64,000 bases of DNA from the NCBI RefSeq assembly GCF_009914755.1, contig NC_060941.1, one strand, 5' to 3'. The stretch is from the human T2T-CHM13v2.0 reference genome, Homo sapiens. The position numbers were made by a program, and so were the translations under genes. The notes under the pieces are model-generated. The model saw only the letters and a program-made list of their open reading frames with translations, was not told the origin of the DNA and made no database searches. Positions 47,021-64,000 of the stretch are shown in pieces. Numbering within the stretch: position 1 is the first letter of the stretch; every line of letters begins with the position of its first letter.

Positions 47021-48914
47021 ACACAACCCAAACTAGAGTCTGAGCAAATACAGCACCTATATATTTATTCACAAATGTTACATCGGTAACATTCTGGATA
47101 AAATTTCTATTTATATGACCATAGCTTTTCTTGAAAAATTTTTGAACGCTTCAAAATGACAAAAACAAAAAGAATTGCATTTATTTAACAACTTTGGAAT
47201 CCTATAAGGGATTACATGTGAGCTGGCCCTCAAGCCAGGGGTGCTGATAGTAAGCCATTTACTTTTAATCAGAAAGCCAGAGCATTATTAGTATGCTGCA
47301 GACTTTACAGAGGCTAGGAGAAATAACATGAAACACAGAAACCAGAGCTGGATGAAATAAGGGCACAGAAAAGCTCACCATGAGAAGACAACACAGCAGA
47401 GCATGAAACCCCACAGGGTACAACTCATTTGCATCTGATTCCATGTAACACAGAGTTATCAGAATACCAAGTCTATAATTATCTGTCTCCTCCCTCATGG
47501 GGCCTTTTTATCTGAGATGGCAACAAAAGGAAGAGCAAGCTCAAAAGAGTGTGCTGCTTTTGCTGAGAAGGCCCCTAATACTCACCCAAACCTTTGGGGT
47601 CCTGTTAATCAGCATGTTAGGCTGTGGAGCAAGGAGGAATTAAGTATAAGAAAGGACAGAGAGCAAAGAATGGGCGGGGTGCAGGGATGTAAGTTGGGGG
47701 TGGTGTAGAATGAAGAAGACGGAGAGAAGGAAGGATCTAGAGTGCAACAGAAAAGAAACAATTTTTTCCTCTCCATGCCTGGCTGCTACCTGACAAACAA
47801 TCAAGAATCATAGAGCCGGGATCCTTCTGTTTGTCCCTCTAATGTATGGGAAGGTGGGTGAAGCATCAGGGTTATGAATGCTATCATGAGACTTCACACA
47901 GTATATATTTGTGTCCCAAAGCAGAGCCCAGACCACAAGGCCCACACTGACTGCCTCTCTGTGGCAAACGTCACATATGTCCATCACCCACCCTATTTAT
48001 TGCTCCTCCCTTCCAGAGGTGAACTTCCTCCATGAATTTCCCTTCCTGAAACTCATGATGGGAACATTAGGCTGTTGCAATACAAATTGGCACAGCTCAA
48101 GACATTCAGTTTAGAATGGGTTTTCAGGTGAGACTTCTTCCCTATATGAGAGTCACGAGGCTCTCAAATGCTGCTATAAACTAGCAAGGCTGGATTTGAT
48201 CGTGCAATTAAGGTTCTAGCACTGCATAACTATCCAGGCTAAAGAGCTCATTTAAAAAGGGGAACTTAGAGGAAAATTCTTTTTTTAGAAAAGGAAATCT
48301 GGCTTGGACTTGGGTTATAGACTTCTTTTTTGAGTACAAATTCTGTAGTAACAAGATATTAACTGTCATCATCTTTTGAACTGGTCACTCAAGGAAAAAA
48401 CTGATGTGCTTCAAAAGGAAACGTGCTGCATCATCGTTGTTGGAATGAGTAGAAAAAGGGGTGTATCATATACGGTAGTGTTTCCTTTCTCATAGCCAGT
48501 TAAATATTATCTCTATTATCTCTACCAGGAATACTTTATGGCCAACCACAAATTAGAGTAAGCTAGTAAAGAATGTTGATTTTTATTGACTATATTTTCT
48601 GTGGAACACAGGCTACAGTGCTAGATGAAGACAGGAAAGAAGGCTGATAAAAAACATATTTGTGGACTGTACTGACAATAATTTCTATTTATCAGTAAAT
48701 TTCCCAAAGTGATAAAGATTCCCTTTACCTCTTGGGATCTACGCTTAGATCCTCTACTATTGTTTAAATAATCTATAAATTACTTATAGGCACCCTCTTC
48801 TTTTTCAAAGTTACTTTAAAGCTCATCTTTAACACAAAACACAGGAAATGAAGTAATAGTTTTCATAGAAGACTATTGAAAAAAAGAGAGTGGCCTAAGA
48901 ATTTGTCTAGCTTA

Positions 48915-49146
<232 letters not shown>

Positions 49147-50884
49147 ATCCAGTTTAATTTTCTACTGAGGAATCTGAGGTCCCAACAGGAGAGAAATGTA
49201 AAGGATAAGAGTGATTGCCTCTGTTTTTTTTCTGATTACTAGGTATAATATTCATGTTGGAAAGCAGAGAAAAATGTTAAAAGGCAGGGAATCCTTTTAT
49301 ATTCTTAATTATATTCTTAATACAAAGGCAACCACTGTCAAAATATTGGCAGATTTTCTTCTGTCCTCTTTCCTAAATAGTATTTTTTTCAATATTGAAG
49401 GTATTATTTCCAGTATATGCAACTTTATGTCTTGTTTTTTAAAAAATGTTCACATATCATAAGCTTGTTCCCATAAATGTTAGCAAAAACTCCTGGTAAT
49501 CATTTTCAACAACCGCATTATATTTTATCCAATGAATACACCATGCTTTATTTAACCATTCCTCTAATGTGAGACAAATATAAGTTGTTAATAACTTTTT
49601 GCTATTCTAAAAAATGCTATGATGATATTTGCCTGCAAATTATGGAGTAATTACAGAGTATTCTCCCCTCAGATAAATTCCTAAAAGGGAAATCACTGGA
49701 ATAAAAAATATAAAGTATATGGGCAATAATCCCAATTTAAACCACGGTATCTCTTTTGTCTACATGACTTTCTAAGCACATTCAGAAACCCTACATGTAG
49801 GGGAGCCCAGATTAGTCATATGGGCCCACTCCCTAGCAAGGCATCAATAGCCCTTCACTTCCATGGTATCCTAAGTGCATCACTGAAAGTGGAAGTAGGG
49901 TGAGATTTAACAGGTCACGTAGGCCGTTTCCTATAAGCAGGATGTCCTAAAGAGCTTTTCCGATTGCACACTGGATTTGTTAAAAAGGGGAAGAGATTTA
50001 TAGAGCCAAATAATTTGTCATCATTGACAGTAATGTCTTGTCAGATTTTGTGCTGACAAAGATTTATGAATCTATCAACTAGTAAAATTTTCCCTCCTTG
50101 CTAGTGAGCATGATCTAGAACATTAGTTTCTCTTCAGCTTTCTTTAGCTTTAGCCTAGTGATCTTTCATTTGACAAGTATCCACAAATTATACTTATTTC
50201 TGGCTAGAAAGGGCTCCCAGGAGCCTTGGTGTGTGCGGCATATTTTGGGATCTAAATAAGAAACTAGGTCTAGAATTGGTAGTTTCCCCAGTCCTCCATA
50301 GCACAACAAGACAGAAAAGTCAGTTACCGTTACTAACTTATCCAAAGGGAATGCTTTAAAAAACAGTAAAGGAAATTTCCAACTATCAAGAGCCATAAAA
50401 ATGCAAAAACCACTACAATTCCTCATGTGACTTAAGGAACTCCTTTGACTCTGTTGTTTTTACCTCTCTATCAGATTCTTAATGTCTTTACCATTCAAAT
50501 AATATTTGGTTGATTAAAAACTGCCTGAGGCAAACATTTTTAGGTATGGAGTTAAAATTATTTCTGAAGCAACATTTTCAAAATTTAAAAATTGCTCTGG
50601 CCAGACAGTGACAATAGAAGAATGTGAAGTGCAAAGAGTGGCCACTGAGATGTGCTCTTAGGTACCCAAAATGGAAACATTTCAATCCTTTCTGTAACTT
50701 TTCTGATCACTCTGCCTATTAAAGGCAGCAGCTATAGCCCTGGGACACATTTGAACTAAGTAACTGTGGTTACCAAATGCTGCAACTTCAATAATATTTA
50801 ACAGAGAGATGCTTATTGATATGTCATGGCCAGACACAGTTTTGTTTCAAGGTTCACTTATTAATATTTTTGAAATTTAATGCC

Positions 50885-51309
50885 TGCTATAGTTTGGACA
50901 TGGTTTATTTGTCTCCATCAAAATGCATGTTGAAATCTGATTCCCAATGTGGCGTTGTTAGGAGGTGGGGCCTAGCAGGAGGTGTTTGGGTCATAGGGGT
51001 GAAACTCTTGTAAATGGTTGGTGCCATTCTTGCAGTAGTTGAGTTCTCCTTCTGAGAACTTAGTTTCCAAGAGAGCGGGCTGTTAGAAAGCGAGGATCTT
51101 CCTCCTGTTTGGTCCTCCCTCTTGCCTGTGTCTGTTCTCCTTTGATCTTCTCTGCCATGTTATGATGCAGCACAGAAGCCTTTGCCAGAAGCCAGGACCA
51201 TGTCCTTGAACTTCCCAGGCTGCCGAACAGTAAGCTAAATAAACCTCTTTTCTTTACAAGTTACCAGCCTCACGTACTCTGTTATAGCAACACAAAATGG
51301 ACAAAGACA
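50885..51309 (+). mobile_element. MST-family MaLR solo LTR
   Basis: TG...CA termini, aataaacctcttttcttta, perfect 5-bp TSD ATGCC. Confidence 0.9.
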
Positions 51310-51511
51310 ATGCCCCAATACAATGAACTCCAGAAGTTGGAAAATGAAAAAGCTCAAGCAAACATGTCAATATATTAGGTGCCATAGAGGATGCCAATGA
51401 AGGTTTTTCTGGTTGTTTTTAAATTGTCTAAAACAGAAATGGCATAATAGTTACACTGGTGGAAATTTCTCATATAAAAACCACCATTTTATGGTGGCCC
51501 TAAATACTTAC

Positions 51512-51632
51512 CCTTTCCTGGGATGTTTGATAGCGAAGGTGAAGGGCTGTGGGATCCCAATCCACAGCGATATAGGCATTTCCAATGAAAGCTCTGTCTT
51601 CCCCACAATCAATTTTACAGCCTCTGCAAAAT
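51512..51632 (-). CDS. USP32: USP32 exon (FCRGCKIDCGEDRAFIGNAYIAVDWDPTALHLRYQTSQER)
   Basis: 121 nt, phase 2 to 0; AG/GT boundaries. Confidence 0.96.
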
Positions 51633-52064
51633 CTAAAAAGGGGGAAAAGATCCACAGAGGAAGAAATAATTATGAAGGAATCTAAATTTTCTTAATAAAA
51701 AATATTCTCCCTTCCTACTTTTCTGCTTTCCTCTTGGGCCTCACAATTTGTCATGGGCTTCTAACTTCAGACTCTGATAAATGTAGGGATACTTATTAAT
51801 AATTAGTACAGTTTCAGGGAATCATGCTTTTCATTTTTCAAGTCTTTATTTTTACAAAGTACTTGATAACCACCTGTTAATCACAGGAAGATGTGAACTT
51901 TATGGCAAATAAATGACATGGGAATTGCCTGTTTGAGATACTACAGCACTCAAGAAATTCCAAATTCAGTTATTGAATGCTCTGAGGTAGGACAATTTAT
52001 CTGGTGTAACACCTAGCTCCTTGTCTGTAAAATGGCAGATTAAATAAATGCATATAAAAGTTTA

Positions 52065-53674
<1,610 letters not shown>

Positions 53675-53792
53675 CAATTCTTAAGTTTCTCATTATTCAC
53701 TATTTACTTCTCAAAACTGGAAATCTTATGAAAACTGTATAATATCTAAAGCTGAAATTCTACTAAAGTAATTCTTTTGCAGGTCACTTTAC

Positions 53793-53879
53793 CTATACCA
53801 TGGGCACCAAGCACAGGAGTTCCCATCTTTCTGCACAACTCGTAGAGTGAATGGATATTGATAGCCCATACTGTCGTCA
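53793..53879 (-). CDS. USP32: USP32 exon (DDSMGYQYPFTLRVVQKDGNSCAWCPWYR)
   Basis: 87 nt, phase 2 to 2; ttcag| acceptor and |gtaaag donor. Confidence 0.96.
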
Positions 53880-54743
53880 CTGAAACAGAAGAGAACAAAA
53901 AGAGTGTAAGAAGCATTTCTGGTTCGAGGTCCAACTCCTCTTCATCTTCTCTTGAAGTAACCCTAGGAAGGGGCATTTGCCATAGCAGTACGCTCATGTT
54001 GACAGCTCAATGTTACTTACCCTAATCCATTAGCTGCAGCCCAGTACCAAATACACTCTGGCTTCCCATCCTCTATCTGGGCTTACAGAAGGGTAGACAT
54101 AAGACTGCCAGATGTCTCTAAGGGAGTCCATGTGGCCCATGAAAATTTTATAAGATAAGCTAATCATGAAATCAAATACTAATTATCCTTCAGCCTTAAT
54201 TCTATCAGAGGATTTAATTCACATTAAACTAAAATAATTAGATCTTTCCATGACAAGAACACCGACACATTGCAGAAAGCTGTATATTTAGAAGTCTTCT
54301 TTAATCAGAATCGCTGATGTGGTACATGCTAAGTACTGCCTTAACTACTCAGAGTTATAAGCTACATACCATTTTTGGAGTAACTGCTTTTAACTGCCAA
54401 TGATTATGTCAAGATGGCCCTGTGAATTTTCCAACTTTTAAAAAAATTTACTCATCCTTGCCCTAACAAGGAGCAATGCAACAATTTATACATATTATCA
54501 AAACATAAGCTGTACACCTTAGATGTATATACAATTCCTTGAACCTGGGAGGCAGAGGTTGCAGTGAGCTGAGTTCAATAAAGCTGGGGGTGGGGGAGAA
54601 GGAAGCAATGCGAGGAATATAACATAAGAGTGGCATACTTTACAGCTCATCTGGCAACTGACAGTGGTTATTACATGGGCTATTGAAGGTAATGAAACCA
54701 TGATAAAGAGTCACTGTAAGGGCAAAGGTGAGAATCACATCTG

Positions 54744-54808
54744 GCATAGGAGTTCCCATCTTTCTGCATAACTCGTCCAGTGAATGATCATTGATAGCCT
54801 GTACTGTC
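54744..54808 (-). pseudogene. Decayed partial copy of the adjacent USP32 exon
   Basis: 56/65 identical and ungapped to 53811-53875 by hand alignment; TGA in the homologous frame. Confidence 0.85.
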
Positions 54809-54997
54809 TAGTACCATGTCCAAATCAGGCCAGCAATAAGTGAGGAATCAAAAGAAAGATAACGGGATAAAACAGTCAAGTAGCACTCATAGAAAGCTGT
54901 GCAGCACTTCCCTTCTGAAAATTTCTTTTACCTTTTTGCTCTAACTGAATGAAGCCTGGCTTTCTTGAGAATCCTGCTCCCCCTGCAGACTTTTTCC

Positions 54998-55290
54998 ATT
55001 TTTTTTTTTGAGACAGGGTATCACTCTGTTGCCCAGGCTGGAGTGCAGTGGCGCAATTATGGCTCACAGCAGCCTCCACCTTTCTGGGCTCAGGTGATCC
55101 TCCCACATCAGCCTCCCAAGTAGCTAGGATTACAGGCACGCAACACCATACCTGGCTAATTTTTACATTTTTTGTAAAGACAGTATTTCACCATGTTGTC
55201 CAGCCTGGTCTTAAACTCCTGGGCTCAAGTGATCCTCCTGCCTCAGCCTCCTAAAGTGCTGGGATTACAGGCGTGAGTCACCGCACCCTA
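54998..55290 (-). mobile_element. AluJ
   Basis: Antisense Alu. Confidence 0.93.
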
Positions 55291-55329
55291 CCCCCTGCAC
55301 TTTGTATTCTCATACGTTCCAGAACCTGG

Positions 55330-57300
<1,971 letters not shown>

Positions 57301-57491
57301 AAAAGCCCTCGTCTAGAAGCTCTTTAATTCAATTACTTCACTTCAAATTTAATCTTGTCCAACTTTCATCTTTACTAAACACAACATTCATTAACTAAAC
57401 TGCTTATCTATTATTTGCAGTTTTCCTTTAGGATTTATTTAAATCTTAAAATAAATACTTTAAACAATTATTTATTTAAATAACTTATTTT

Positions 57492-58638
<1,147 letters not shown>

Positions 58639-59208
58639 TCAGAGTAAATGCATTTACTAATCAAATAGAACAGTGATAGGAAAAAGGGAAAGAAAACAGA
58701 AAATGTTAATTATTTTTATCTAGATTTATGAAATTACTTCACGTTAAAATGACATGGTAAGGGAAAAAGAAAAAAGAATGACATGGTATGGAAATAATCC
58801 AACAGAATTATTTTTTGTATCATGAGACTTTTCAGAGTTCACGTATGCAGTCACTCTCATTCTGAATTTCAGAGGACTGAGATTATACAAATTTCCTGGT
58901 GAATTCATACTCTCTACTTTTGCAACACAGAAGACAGGATATTACTTGAAGCATTAGCAGGATGAATCCAGGTAAAAGATTAGAGAATGGAAGGATTATT
59001 TGACACTAGAATGTTTGGCAAAAGGAAGCTGTATCATCTCTCCTACTCCAAATATCAAACCAAATGGTTGAATTGTATGCTGTCTGAGTGGTTCTTCCAA
59101 GAGTGATTAACTTGACATAGGCTGGGTCCTATCAGTCATGTAGAATTCATATAGATTATTTTTCTAGAGTTTGGAAACCACAGGTTTAGATGGATCCCCT
59201 GAACTCAC

Positions 59209-59393
59209 CAATCCTGGGCATGATTACTAGCTTCCTGAGGTGGGAGTGGGCTCGCTAACCGGGATACTTGAATCCAAACCGCATCATATAGGTCTTTCTT
59301 CCGGGTATGCACAGTACATGGAACAATCAATGGCATTCCAAAGAGGCTGGGGCGATTCTTCTGAGATGACAGGAAATACAGTTCTGTCCTCAT
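59209..59393 (-). CDS. USP32: USP32 exon (MRTELYFLSSQKNRPSLFGMPLIVPC...HAQD); the most upstream exon in the window
   Basis: 185 nt, phase 0 to 2; acag| acceptor and |gtgagt donor. Confidence 0.97.
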
Positions 59394-59698
59394 CTGTATG
59401 TACAAACAAGAGAATAGAGAGTTCAGAAGACAGGCCTCTGATTCCTCCCTTTAGTTCTTCTAAATGCCTGCCAATGACAGGCACTATCACCATTTCAAAT
59501 CAGTCACTATCACATTCTTCTCTGTATTTATAAAACCATCTTTATTGACACAAAGAGAACGGTTACAGTGGAGTCATTAAAGGGGCTGAGGTATTGCCAG
59601 TTTTAGAGTTGTTGCCTATTCTATCAAATTTGGGTTTCAGCAATTAATATATTCAAACCAGTTTTCTCTGATAAACATTTCTCACATACACTGACTCA

Positions 59699-61531
<1,833 letters not shown>

Positions 61532-61539
61532 TCAAATAA

Positions 61540-63680
<2,141 letters not shown>

Positions 63681-63683
63681 ATC

Positions 63684-64000
63684 TGTAGTTGAGTTGAATG
63701 GTGGCCTCTAAAACAGTATATCCATATATCCATGTTCTAACCCCTGGAACCAGTAAATGTGACCTAATTTGGTAAAAGGATGTTTGTAGATGTAATTAAG
63801 TTGAGGATGTCAAGATGAGATCATCCTGGATTGTCTGGGTGGGCCCTAAATTCAATAAGTATCCTTATCAGAGAAAGACAGAGAGAAGGAGAAGGCTATA
63901 TGAAGAGGCAGGGATTGCAGTTATGCAGTCACAAGCCAAAGAATGCCTGGAGCCACCAGAGGTTAGAAGAGACAAGAAAGCATTCTCTCCTAGAACCTTT
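63684..64000 (+). mobile_element. MLT1-family MaLR LTR (MLT1C-like), running off the window edge
   Basis: tgtagttgagttgaatggtggcc...gatgtaattaagtt...gggtgggccctaaa...tggagccaccaga. Confidence 0.85.

Overview
Primate genomic DNA, almost certainly human chr17q23. It is Alu-dense and holds two convergent protein-coding genes. (1) The complete 8-exon CA4 gene (carbonic anhydrase IV) lies on the + strand, ATG 10995 to TGA 20373. Its exons join into a 939-nt, 312-aa ORF with a signal peptide, Zn-ligand histidines and a GPI signal, and it has a TATA/GC-box CpG-island promoter. (2) The last 8 coding exons and 3'UTR of USP32 lie on the - strand (59393 to 40203) and end in the CaaX-like sequence CVLQ; the gene continues beyond the right edge. 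The rest is an orphan CpG island (1-2650), about 45 Alus, MER41/MST/MLT1 LTRs, hAT MITEs (MER5A, MER53, MER1B, MER102), MIR/L2/L1 relics and simple repeats. Nearly all ORFs in the supplied track are repeat- or GC-derived noise. I found no evidence of a new multi-gene system. The most interesting unexplained items are a decayed 65-bp copy of a USP32 exon in its own upstream intron, two local direct duplications, a non-canonical bipartite REST site, a perfect RFX X-box, an in-frame alternative CA4 acceptor and a G-rich VNTR. Exon boundaries were counted by hand; repeat boundaries are approximate and subfamily names are from memory of consensus sequences.
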